Source: Lysobacterales bacterium (GTDB lineage Bacteria; Pseudomonadota; Gammaproteobacteria; Xanthomonadales; SZUA-5). Taken from it: 64,000 nucleotides of DNA. The notes below the pieces were generated by a model, which worked only from the letters and a program-made list of their open reading frames with translations, ran no database searches and was not told the DNA's origin. Below are positions 41,706 through 51,099 of this stretch, piece by piece. Position numbers and translations under genes: made by a program. The stretch lies in contig JALHMH010000022.1 in the NCBI GenBank assembly GCA_022844165.1, positions 1 through 64,000 of the forward strand, given 5' to 3'. The first letter of the stretch is position 1, and each line of letters opens with the position of its first letter.

Positions 41706-42090
41706 TGAGCGGCCCACCGCAGAGCGCAGCCTTGTCTTACGATCTGAGCTTCGATCGCACGCGTTTCGATTTCGATGTCATCCATGGTTTTTTGACAAAA
41801 TCGTACTGGTCGCCGGGCATTTCGAAAGAGATCCTGGTTCGCGCCATCGCACATTCGCTTTGCATCGGCATGTTTGCCAGCGACGCCCAGGTGGGATTTG
41901 CGCGCCTCGTCACGGATCGCGCCACTTTCGCGTAGCTGGCCGATGTTTTCGTATTGCCGGATCACCGCCGCCAGGGCCTGACCGGGAGAATGGTCGCTGC
42001 GCAGCTGGCCGAGCCCGAGGTACTGGGCGTGCGCCATAATCTGTTGGCCACGCGCGATACAGGCACTTTATGCGCGAGTCGTGCACCCTA
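41706..42090 (+). pseudogene. GNAT acetyltransferase interrupted by an in-frame amber stop
   Basis: ..IHGFLTKSYW..SLCIG..QVGFARLVTDRATFA*LADVFVLPDHRRQGL..LLATRD. TAG at 41933-41935 replaces the usual Tyr of TFAYLADVFV; the 3' end is degenerate. Confidence 0.75.
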
Positions 42091-43548
42091 TTCGAAACCA
42101 TTGGCGAATACGTTGGCCGTCAGCTCAAATGCTCCGACATCGGCGCCAATACCGGGACGCGGCGTACCGAGGATATCGGTGGCTGGAACATCTGAGCCGG
42201 GGGTAGCGGCATCGATCAGCGAGCTGTTGGCGCCAATGCGTCCATAGCTTTGCGCCAGGAACACGAACGCATCGTTGATGCTCGCAAAACCGCCGTTGAA
42301 GTTGTTGCTCGCCGGCACCCAGTGCGGCGTTGCGATGGTGCCGATGGAGACCACCGCCGGATCGTCTTCGATGCGCGTTTTGTCATTATCGATATTGAGC
42401 ACATCGCCCGGATCGTTCGGCAGCGCCGCGCCGTTGTTCCAGTAAGCGTTGCGCTCCAAAGTCGAAGGCCGGGTGGTCGATAAATCGGCTGGCAGCGTGT
42501 CGGAAAAGTCCTCCATCGTGCCAGTGGTATCGGCAAAAACGTTATGCACAAAGCGGATCGCTTCGATCGGTGGATTACTGCCCTCACGGTTGATGCGCGT
42601 TGCGTATGCGTTCGCCGGAAGATTGCCAATCACGGTGTTGTGGCGAAACGTAATGTCGCGAGAGCCCTTGACGCCGAGCGGCGAGCGCATCGTCACAGCG
42701 CTGTTGCCGATGAACAGGTTGTTCTCCGCAAGGCAATTGAAGGCCTCGAAGTTTGCTGTGCCATCCTCGCCAAACAAGATGAAACCGCTGCCATTAGAAC
42801 CTTGCCAGTTGAGGAACACGTTGCGCCGCAGGATCACGTTGCGCGCACCCAGAAATCCGTCGCTGCTGCCGTTGGAGTCTTTGACGACGACAAAACTTGA
42901 GGTATCGGTCGGCACCGGGCGACCGCTGGCGGCGAAGTTGTTGAAGAACACATTGCCATCGACGATGACGTCGTCGACGCTGTTGATATCGATGTGCTCG
43001 TCGGAACCTTGTTGGTTGTAGAACATATTGCCGATCACGCGGATTTCGGTGGCGCCGTTGTTGATCTTCAGAATGTCGTTATTGAAGCTGTCGTGCAAAA
43101 TGTTGTCGCGCAGCGTAATGCGGCTGGTATTGGCCGCTGTTCCGCTCTGGATTTGCACCACCAGTGCGCTGGCGCCCGCACCGGTGTGTGCAATATCGAA
43201 ACCCTCGATGTTGATCCCCTGAATATCGGTGTCGCCGTAAATCGTCAGGACTGTTTCGTTAGCACGGAGCCGCGCCTGATACGGCACCTCCGATCGTACC
43301 GTGACGCCGTTGACGAAGTTGCCACGAATGCGAATGCGCCCGGTGTAGGTCCCGGGCCTGACCAACACCGTGCTACCGTCCGGCACTCGATCCAGCGCAT
43401 AGGTGATCGTTGCCCAAGGCGCCGCCAACGTGCCGCCTGCGGGCGCATCGACGCCATTGGTGGCAACATAAAAAGTCTGCGCCGAAACCGCCGCACCATA
43501 ACATCCGATGGCGAACGCCAGCCATCGTATCCTCCATCGCATGCTCAT
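42088..43548 (-). CDS. Secreted right-handed parallel beta-helix protein (pectin-lyase-like fold)
   Basis: Signal peptide; TFYVATNG.D..GT.AAPWATI; Asn-ladder repeats; DILGTPRP..DVGAFE; ends ANVFANGFE. Confidence 0.85.
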   Translation of the reverse strand: MSMRWRIRWLAFAIGCYGAAVSAQTFYVATNGVDAPAGGTLAAPWATITYALDRVPDGSTVLVRPGTYTGRIRIRGNFVNGVTVRSEVPYQARLRANETVLTIYGDTDIQGINIEGFDIAHTGAGASALVVQIQSGTAANTSRITLRDNILHDSFNNDILKINNGATEIRVIGNMFYNQQGSDEHIDINSVDDVIVDGNVFFNNFAASGRPVPTDTSSFVVVKDSNGSSDGFLGARNVILRRNVFLNWQGSNGSGFILFGEDGTANFEAFNCLAENNLFIGNSAVTMRSPLGVKGSRDITFRHNTVIGNLPANAYATRINREGSNPPIEAIRFVHNVFADTTGTMEDFSDTLPADLSTTRPSTLERNAYWNNGAALPNDPGDVLNIDNDKTRIEDDPAVVSIGTIATPHWVPASNNFNGGFASINDAFVFLAQSYGRIGANSSLIDAATPGSDVPATDILGTPRPGIGADVGAFELTANVFANGFE

Positions 43549-44831
43549 TTCGTCTCCTCGGCGGGCTCGCCGCGTGCCACCACCACCGCACCGACAAGAT
43601 CGCCCGTCACGTTCACCGTGGTGCGACACATATCGAGAAACCGGTCCACGCCCAAGATCAGGCCGATGCCCTCGGGCGGAATACCGAACATCACCAGAAT
43701 CGATGCAATCACGGGCAAGGATCCGCCCGGCACGCCGGCCGCACCGATGCCGCCGAGAATGCACACGAACAGAATCAGGATCTGTTGCCCGAGTCCCAAC
43801 TCGACACCAAAAAACTGCGCCAGAAATAGCACCGTGACGCCCTCGAACAAGGCCGTGCCATTCATGTTCGCCGTCGCACCCAAGGTGCAGACAAAACGTC
43901 CGACGCGCCGCGGCACGCCGAGACGTTCTTCGGCAACCATGAGTGTTGTGGGCAGCGTGGCGGAGCTGGAAGATGTGGAAAACGCCGTCAGGATTGCCGG
44001 CTCGGCGCGTCTGAAAAAATCGATCGGCGAACGCCCGCCGACGTATTTGATCAGCAGCGGAAAGACGACGAAGAAGTGGATCGCCAGCGCCAGCACCACC
44101 GTGCCGACGAAACGCGCCAATTGCGACAGCACATCGAAGCCGAGCCTGGCCGTGATTGCAAACAGCAGCGCCGCGACCGCATACGGCGCCAATCGAATGA
44201 CCCAGCCGATCAGCGTCAGGCAGATGTCATAGACGCCTTGGACTGCACCCAGGAAACTGCGCGTACCATCGCTGCGAATCACGGTGGCGGCGACACCGAA
44301 CATCAAAGCGAAAAACATCACCGCGATCAGTTCGCCATTGGCCGCCGCCTGGATCGGGTTTTTCGGCACGATGTTGAGCAATAGATCGATGCCGCTGATC
44401 GCTTGCTGCTTTTCGACAATCGCCGCAGAGTTCGCTTGCGACGACGCGAGCAGAGCCTGACCTGTCTCCGGAGGCAGACCTGTGCCAGGCTGTAGAACAT
44501 TGACGGCGACGAGCCCGATCAGCACAGCGACGCCGGTGACGACCATGATGTAAGTCAAGGTCCGCAACCCGATCCGCCCTAAGGCCGAGGGTTGACCGAT
44601 TTCGACCACGCCCAATACCAGTGCCGAAAACACCAGGGGCACGACGAGCATGAAGAGCAACCGAAGAAACAACTGCCCGACCGGATTGGCAACGTAGGTC
44701 ACCACCCAGTTCAACCACTCCTGGCCGCCGGCGAAGACATTCGCTGACAAACCAGCAACGATGCCGACGATGAAGCCGATCAACATCTTGGTATGTAGCG
44801 ACATACCGCCTGGCGCATCGGTTCCGCTCAT
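43545..44831 (-). CDS. Dicarboxylate/amino acid:cation symporter (DAACS, GltP-like)
   Basis: AFSTSSSSATLP, GATANMNGTALFEG, GAAGVPGG, DRFLDMCRTTVNVTGD. Confidence 0.93.
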   Translation of the reverse strand: MSGTDAPGGMSLHTKMLIGFIVGIVAGLSANVFAGGQEWLNWVVTYVANPVGQLFLRLLFMLVVPLVFSALVLGVVEIGQPSALGRIGLRTLTYIMVVTGVAVLIGLVAVNVLQPGTGLPPETGQALLASSQANSAAIVEKQQAISGIDLLLNIVPKNPIQAAANGELIAVMFFALMFGVAATVIRSDGTRSFLGAVQGVYDICLTLIGWVIRLAPYAVAALLFAITARLGFDVLSQLARFVGTVVLALAIHFFVVFPLLIKYVGGRSPIDFFRRAEPAILTAFSTSSSSATLPTTLMVAEERLGVPRRVGRFVCTLGATANMNGTALFEGVTVLFLAQFFGVELGLGQQILILFVCILGGIGAAGVPGGSLPVIASILVMFGIPPEGIGLILGVDRFLDMCRTTVNVTGDLVGAVVVARGEPAEETK

Positions 44832-44998
44832 GTGCCTGATCCAGTTGTGAAGTCCGCGCGAAGAATAGACGTTGCGGAGTGCTTGCGTCGCGGCTTGGTG
44901 CGTTGCAGCATCAGAACAGCGATCGCAAGCACGGACTTTAACGCCTGATCGCCGATCGCCCTGCACATTCAGACAATTCCCAACTGCCAGCAAATCGA

Positions 44999-46510
44999 AT
45001 GGACTACCTGCGCGCCATCCTCACTTCTCGCGTTTACGATGTCGCGATCGAATCGCCGTTGACCCACGCGAAGCGCCTGAGCGCACGCATCGGCCATCGC
45101 GTGCTGCTCAAGCGCGAGGACTTGCAACCGGTGTTTTCGTTCAAGTTGCGCGGCGCCTACAACAAAATGGCAGCATTGACGGACGCAGAGCGCAACGCGG
45201 GCGTGCTTGCGGTTTCAGCCGGCAATCATGCGCAAGGTGTTGCGCTGGCGGCACGCGAGCTGAAGTGCGCGGCGACGATTGTCATGCCAGGCACGACGCC
45301 CTCGATCAAAGTCGATGCTGTGCAGGCGCTCGGCGCCACGGTGGTATTGGAAGGCGATAGTTACGATGCCGCGGCGGCGGTCGGCAAAAAAATTGCGGCC
45401 GAACGTGGACTGACGTTCATCCACCCGTTCGACGATCCGCTGATCATCGCGGGACAAGGCACCGTGGGCATGGAGTTGCTACGCCAACATTCGGGTCGAC
45501 TCGATGCGGTGTTCATCCCGGTGGGCGGCGGCGGCCTTGCCGCCGGCATGGCGGCCTACATCAAAGCACTCCGGCCGGAGATTAGAGTCATCGGTGTTGA
45601 GCCGGACGATGCCGCCTGTCTTAAGGCCGCGCTCGACAAGGGCGAGCCAACGACACTCGAGCAAGTGGGATTGTTCGTCGACGGCGTAGCGGTCAAGCGC
45701 GTCGGCGACCATACCTTCGCGGTCTTGAAAGACCACATCGATCAAATGGTGCTGGTCAACACCGACGAGATTTGTGCGGCGATCAAAGACGTCTTCGACG
45801 ACACCCGCGTGATGCTGGAACCGGCCGGCGCGCTGGCGGTGGCGGGCCTGAAACGCTACGCCGAATCGCTGCCGCCCGGTGCGGTCCTGTGCGCTGTCGC
45901 CAGCGGCGCTAACGTCAACTTTGATCGGTTGCGCCATGTCGCCGAGCGCGCCGAGATCGGCGAGTCGTTTGAGGCGGTGTTTGGCGTAACGATCCCAGAG
46001 CAGCCCGGTAGCTTTCTGAACTTCTGCCGCACGCTGGGTCCGCGCAGCATCACCGAGTTCAACTATCGCTATGCGACCAATGGTCCGGCGCAGATCTTTG
46101 TCGGTCTGGCGCTTCGCCGCGGCGCGGCCGAACGCGCTGAGATTGCCGATGCGTTGTCGGGGGCCGGCTACGGCGCGCACGATTACACCGACAACGAACT
46201 GGCGAAACTGCACGTGCGCCATCTGGTCGGCGGCCGCGCGCCGGTGCAAGGCGTGGAGCGCGTGTACCGTTTCGAATTCCCCGAGCGTCCCGGGGCGCTG
46301 CTGCGTTTCCTGGAAACGCTCGGCACACATTGGAACATCACGCTATTCCATTACCGCAGTCACGGCGCTGCATATGGCCGCGTGTTCGCTGGCATCGAGA
46401 TGCGTTCGCCGGAGGAACGATCTGCGTTGGAAGCAGACCTGCGCGCGATCGGCTACGATGCTTTCGATGAGACGGATAATCCGGTGGTAGAGCAGTTCTT
46501 GCGGGGATGA
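44999..46510 (+). CDS. ilvA: Biosynthetic threonine ammonia-lyase
   Basis: KREDLQPVFSFKLRGAYN, SAGNHAQG, SGANVNFDRLRHV; two regulatory domains (FPERPGAL). Confidence 0.96.
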   Translation: MDYLRAILTSRVYDVAIESPLTHAKRLSARIGHRVLLKREDLQPVFSFKLRGAYNKMAALTDAERNAGVLAVSAGNHAQGVALAARELKCAATIVMPGTTPSIKVDAVQALGATVVLEGDSYDAAAAVGKKIAAERGLTFIHPFDDPLIIAGQGTVGMELLRQHSGRLDAVFIPVGGGGLAAGMAAYIKALRPEIRVIGVEPDDAACLKAALDKGEPTTLEQVGLFVDGVAVKRVGDHTFAVLKDHIDQMVLVNTDEICAAIKDVFDDTRVMLEPAGALAVAGLKRYAESLPPGAVLCAVASGANVNFDRLRHVAERAEIGESFEAVFGVTIPEQPGSFLNFCRTLGPRSITEFNYRYATNGPAQIFVGLALRRGAAERAEIADALSGAGYGAHDYTDNELAKLHVRHLVGGRAPVQGVERVYRFEFPERPGALLRFLETLGTHWNITLFHYRSHGAAYGRVFAGIEMRSPEERSALEADLRAIGYDAFDETDNPVVEQFLRG

Positions 46511-46592
46511 GTGTGAGTCCACGCAAAACGATCGACTTCGTTTCGGACCGGACGGCATCTCGGCGGACGCTTGATAGGACTGGGTGAGATTG

Positions 46593-47759
46593 ATGTCTGA
46601 AACCGCAACTTCCATCCACATTGCCGGTGCCGGGCTGGTCGGCCTGTCGCTGGCGCTGGCACTCAAGTCTCGCGGTATCGCGGTTACGCTCTCCGAGCGC
46701 GGCCCAGACCCGGCAACAACAAACGGACCCGATGAGCGCCATCTGGCCCTCGCCGAACGCAGTGCTCAATTTCTGGCGAGCCTGGGTCTTAAGCGCTTCT
46801 TCGAGGAGCACGGCGAAGTAATCGCTCGCATCCACGTCAGCAGCGCAGGCGAATTTGGCGTCACGCGGCTGGTCGCCCATGATCAGGGGCTCAAGCGCTT
46901 CGGCGTGGTGGTGCCGGCGCGTAAGCTGCTGCTCGCGTTGCGCGATGCGGCAGCGCAACCCGGCATTGAACTGCGCTTCGGCGATGGCGTGACGAGCGCC
47001 GAAGACAGTGAAACAGACATCGCCGCGACGACAGCGACCGGCTCGCGCATTCACTCGCGTTTGCTGGTCATCGCCGACGGCGCGGAATCGAGCTTGCGCT
47101 CGGCAAGCGGCATTGACGCTGAGGTTTTCGATTATGAGCAAGATGCCGTCGTTGCTGCGATCGATACCGAGCGGGCAGCCAACGGTGAAGCCTTCGAACG
47201 ACTGCTGCGAAACGGCCTCGTCGCCTTGTTGCCCCAGCGCGGAACGCGCGCGGGCGTGGTGTTTGTTCAGCCCCGCGAGCGCGCGTCCGAGTTGATGGCT
47301 CTGGGCGATGACGACTATCTCTCCGAGCTGCAAACGACATTCGGTTACCGCCTTGGGCGCCTGCGGCGCATCGGGCCGCGCGTGCGCTGGCCGCTGCGCC
47401 GAGTGATGGCACAGGCGCTGATCGCTCCGCGGCGCGTCGTCATCGGCAACGCCGCTCAGTCGGTCCACCCGATCGGCGCGCAGGGACTCAATCTCGGTCT
47501 ACGCGATGTGGCCGATCTGGTCGACTCGCTGGGCCACGATCCAGGCGATGCCGATGCGTTGGCGCGCTACGCGCTGCAACGGATGCCCGACCGACTCGGG
47601 GTCTGTCGTCAAACGCATCTGCTCGCGCTGGGAACCCAACTGCGCTCCCCGCTGGCGGCATTGGCGCGAAGTGCGGCATTGGCTGCAGCGGATCGGTTGC
47701 TGCCACTTCGAGATCACTTGACACTGCGCGGCATGGGCTGGGGTGGAGCAGCCGTATGA
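46593..47759 (+). CDS. ubiH: FAD-dependent ubiquinone-biosynthesis hydroxylase, UbiH type
   Basis: GAGLVG, ADGAES, GNAAQSVHPIGAQGLNLGLRD. Confidence 0.8.
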   Translation: MSETATSIHIAGAGLVGLSLALALKSRGIAVTLSERGPDPATTNGPDERHLALAERSAQFLASLGLKRFFEEHGEVIARIHVSSAGEFGVTRLVAHDQGLKRFGVVVPARKLLLALRDAAAQPGIELRFGDGVTSAEDSETDIAATTATGSRIHSRLLVIADGAESSLRSASGIDAEVFDYEQDAVVAAIDTERAANGEAFERLLRNGLVALLPQRGTRAGVVFVQPRERASELMALGDDDYLSELQTTFGYRLGRLRRIGPRVRWPLRRVMAQALIAPRRVVIGNAAQSVHPIGAQGLNLGLRDVADLVDSLGHDPGDADALARYALQRMPDRLGVCRQTHLLALGTQLRSPLAALARSAALAAADRLLPLRDHLTLRGMGWGGAAV

Positions 47760-48919
47760 GCAAACGGATCAAGACCGATGTGCTGGTCGTTGGCGCCGGC
47801 ATGGTGGGCTCGGCGCTGGCGCTCGGTCTGGTGCAGCGTGGCCTTGATGTTCGCATCGTCGATCAGCGTTGGCCGCCGCTGCCGGAGGGCGAATTCGACT
47901 TGCGCGTTGTGGCGCTCTCGGGGCAGTCGATCGCCCTGCTCGACCGGCTCGGAGTCTGGTCGCAGATCGCGGCTTCGCGCACCGCAGCGTATCGCCGCAT
48001 GCACGTCATCGATGGCACGAGCGAGGCGTTTATCGAGTTCGACGCGCGCGAGTACGGCTGGCCGCAGCTCGGGGTCATCGTCGAAAACCAACGCATCGCG
48101 GCGCTGCTCGCTGAGCGCCTCGGCGTGCAACGGCTCGACGACGGCCTGAGCGAGATCGATGGCACGCGCTGCACGCTTGCCAGCGGCGACCGCGTCGACG
48201 CGCAACTGGTGATCGCGGCGGATGGCGCCGCATCGCCGCTGCGCGAACGCCTGCTGATCGATAGCGATGGGCGCAGTTACGCGCAATCCGCCCTGGTCGC
48301 GCATGTGCGCTGCGAACGCCCGCGAAGCGGCCTCGCCTGGCAACGCTTCCTGGACGGCGGCCCGCTGGCTCTGTTGCCATTGCCCGACGGGCGGGCATCG
48401 ATGGTGTGGAGTGTTCCGATCGAGCGTGCGACTCGACTGATGGCGGCAACCGGCACAGAGGTCGAGCGCGCGCTCGCGACCGCCAGCGGTCGCCAGTTCG
48501 GCGCCATCGCGCTGACCACACCCTTGGCCCAATTTCCGCTGCGCTGGCATGTGGCACGAACATTCGCGACCGAAAACGTGGTGTTGGTCGGCGATGCCGC
48601 CCATACCGTGCACCCACTTGCCGGCCAGGGCGTGAATCTGGGCTTTGCCGATGTCGACTGCTTGTTGGCATATGCCGATCGTGCCCTGAAAACCGGTCGG
48701 CGCATGCCGTCGCCCGGTGAGTTGCTTCGCTACAGTCGCGAACGGCGCAGTGAGACAATGCTCGCCGCACGCGCCTTCGATGCTCTGAATGGGTTGTATG
48801 CAGCCGGTGGACCCTGGGTTGCGCTGCGCAGTGCCGGCCTGTCGGCGGTCAATCGTATTGCGCCGCTCAAGCGCAAGTTTGCACAAATCGCAGCAGGGGT
48901 TCGATCCGCAGCCAGCTGA
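47756..48919 (+). CDS. FAD-dependent ubiquinone-biosynthesis hydroxylase, UbiF/UbiI type
   Basis: GAGMVG, DLRVVAL, GDAAHTVHPLAGQGVNLG; coupled to ubiH. Confidence 0.85.
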   Translation: MSKRIKTDVLVVGAGMVGSALALGLVQRGLDVRIVDQRWPPLPEGEFDLRVVALSGQSIALLDRLGVWSQIAASRTAAYRRMHVIDGTSEAFIEFDAREYGWPQLGVIVENQRIAALLAERLGVQRLDDGLSEIDGTRCTLASGDRVDAQLVIAADGAASPLRERLLIDSDGRSYAQSALVAHVRCERPRSGLAWQRFLDGGPLALLPLPDGRASMVWSVPIERATRLMAATGTEVERALATASGRQFGAIALTTPLAQFPLRWHVARTFATENVVLVGDAAHTVHPLAGQGVNLGFADVDCLLAYADRALKTGRRMPSPGELLRYSRERRSETMLAARAFDALNGLYAAGGPWVALRSAGLSAVNRIAPLKRKFAQIAAGVRSAAS

Positions 48920-48930
48920 AGCAGCGACCG

Positions 48931-51099
48931 TCAATCCTCAGTCCACACTTGACCTTTCAGGTAAAGCGCCAGGCGCCGCTCGAATGCCGAACGCTGGGCG
49001 TCGGTTATGTCTTCGTTGCCTGGTGTGCCGGCAATCGCCGCCCGCTGAGTTTCGATCGCTTGATCGAATAATCCCGATGCGGCCAAACATGCGGCCAGTG
49101 TGTCCTGGTGGTTTGGGCTCGGCGCTTTGCCGAGCACATCGGAGATGCGTCGGGTGCCGGCTTGCAAATCGCGCACCGCAGGATCGGTGCTGCTGCATTG
49201 CACCCACGCCAGCGAATTGGCCGCTGGCCGCCAGCCAGCGTCTGCCGCCTGTTGCCACCAGCGCAATGCAGCCTGGCGATCCCTGGGCCCGCCGCGGCCA
49301 GCGTAAAGCAGGCGTGCCAGATAGTCGCGCGCTGCGGCGTGTCCGGCCTCAGCAGCTCGCAGGTAATAGGAGCGCGCCAGCGAGAGGTCGATGGTTTGTC
49401 CCGCGTGGCCAAATTGTGCTATCTGGCCCAGGCGAAAACTCGCTGTGGTCTGCCCCTCTTCGTCGAGCTTACGCATCAACGTCATGCCGCGATCGATATC
49501 GGTTTGGCTTCCGCCCTGAACCAGCACGCTCGCCAGGCGCAGTCGTGCACCGAGCATTCCTCCGCCAGCCAATTCCTCGATGATCGACTTGCCGTCGTCC
49601 GCATCGCCGCGCAGCCCCGCGTGACCATCGAGATACAACTCGCCGAGCGCTAGCGCGGCCGCCTGATTGCCACGCGCCGACGCGCTCAGCAACCAGCCCT
49701 CAGCTTCGACCAGGTCGATCTTCTGGCCTAATTCGCCCTTTAAAAAAGCACGCCCCAGGCGTCGCATCGCGCCAGCATTGCCGGCATCCGCTGCGCGCAG
49801 AAAGTAGCGATAGGCACGCTCAGGATCGGGCGGCACTTGATTCGAACCGACTTCGGCAACCAGGGCCATCAACGCCAAACCTGCAGGATCTCCTGCCTCA
49901 GAAGCAAGTTGCATCCAGCGCCGCGCCGTCGCCGCATCTTTGCCGCGCCACGCTGCAAGTGCCAGCTGCGCCGACGCGGCGGCAGATCCAGCTTTGGCCG
50001 CGCGCTCCAGCCAGTATCGCAGCCGGTTCGGGGCGACGACTTGCGCTTGCAGAAACGCCGCATCGGGCGAGCCGGCGCGCGCGGCGCGCTCGAGCCGTTG
50101 CCTGGCCAGCGGCGTGCGCCCATCCTGGCCAAGGCTAAAAGCCAGTTGTGCATAGGCAAAATCGGCTTGCGCTTTGCCCAGGCGTTTCGCCGCGTGATCG
50201 ACATGCCGCGCAGCCGCGCGTGATTGACCGTCGCGATCCTGCGCCAGCGCCAGCACCAGATGCGCCTCCGACAGCCCACGTTCGGCCAGCGGCTCGATCA
50301 ATGCGCGAGCCGACTTCAAGCATGCGCTGTCGTCAGCCACCAGACAGAGTGGCAACAATTCGAAGGCTGCGGGTAGATGTCCATCTAAGGCCAGCCGTTC
50401 GATGGCGACGCTGGCGTCGTCGAGCTCGATCTTTCCCGAACCCAATCGATCACTGATGTCTGCCAGTTCCGCTGCGGCATTGCGCGCGTTGTTCGCACCC
50501 CGCAAGAACTGCGCAGTGAGCGCATCCAGATAGGCCGGAAATCGCGCGTCGCGCTGGTCACGATCAAGTCGCTGCCAAACGCGCATAAAGTCGAAATAGA
50601 GCTGCCGTTCGACGCCATCGTGATCCAGGAATATCGCCACAAAGGGCAAACTGCCACCTGCGGCGCCGACTTTGTACCGCCCATACAAGGGCGTCCACCC
50701 GGCGCCCTCAACGAGTGCCGCCGCGTCGGATTCGGTGACGACCTCAATCGGCTTTAGCGCCGACCGCCCGCGCCCGTCGCGTAGCAAAAACTCGCGCTGC
50801 GCTTGCAGCAGTGCCATGGCCTGAGCGCGCGCCGTATCACCTGCAGCGCAACCCGCCATGGCCAACTGCAACGCCGGACTGAACGGCAGAGAATCGCGCG
50901 CCCGGCGCAGGCCCGCACCGTGCTGTGCACAGGCAGCATCGCGATCGCCGCCTGCCGCAAGCGCATCCAGGATCCGGTACTGCGCCAGCACGCCCGGCAA
51001 CTCAGCGCTGACCAGAAACTGACCCCAACGCTCAGCCCAAGGATCGGCGTACGCAGGCCTCGCCAGCAACGCGCAGCCAAACGCCAGCCACCGGATCAC
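48931..51099 (-). CDS. Exported Sel1/TPR-repeat protein
   Basis: Signal peptide ending AYA-D; repeated AAxAG..A..LG..Y..G Sel1 units; GTG start overlaps the upstream peptidase stop. Confidence 0.82.
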   Translation of the reverse strand: MIRWLAFGCALLARPAYADPWAERWGQFLVSAELPGVLAQYRILDALAAGGDRDAACAQHGAGLRRARDSLPFSPALQLAMAGCAAGDTARAQAMALLQAQREFLLRDGRGRSALKPIEVVTESDAAALVEGAGWTPLYGRYKVGAAGGSLPFVAIFLDHDGVERQLYFDFMRVWQRLDRDQRDARFPAYLDALTAQFLRGANNARNAAAELADISDRLGSGKIELDDASVAIERLALDGHLPAAFELLPLCLVADDSACLKSARALIEPLAERGLSEAHLVLALAQDRDGQSRAAARHVDHAAKRLGKAQADFAYAQLAFSLGQDGRTPLARQRLERAARAGSPDAAFLQAQVVAPNRLRYWLERAAKAGSAAASAQLALAAWRGKDAATARRWMQLASEAGDPAGLALMALVAEVGSNQVPPDPERAYRYFLRAADAGNAGAMRRLGRAFLKGELGQKIDLVEAEGWLLSASARGNQAAALALGELYLDGHAGLRGDADDGKSIIEELAGGGMLGARLRLASVLVQGGSQTDIDRGMTLMRKLDEEGQTTASFRLGQIAQFGHAGQTIDLSLARSYYLRAAEAGHAAARDYLARLLYAGRGGPRDRQAALRWWQQAADAGWRPAANSLAWVQCSSTDPAVRDLQAGTRRISDVLGKAPSPNHQDTLAACLAASGLFDQAIETQRAAIAGTPGNEDITDAQRSAFERRLALYLKGQVWTED

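Noticed and set aside
690-41935. Two in-frame TAG codons (690-692 and 41933-41935) as a sign of amber recoding
   Set aside because: They appear to replace different residues (probably Gln and Tyr), both genes show other decay, and several intact genes such as bamA and miaB end in TAG.
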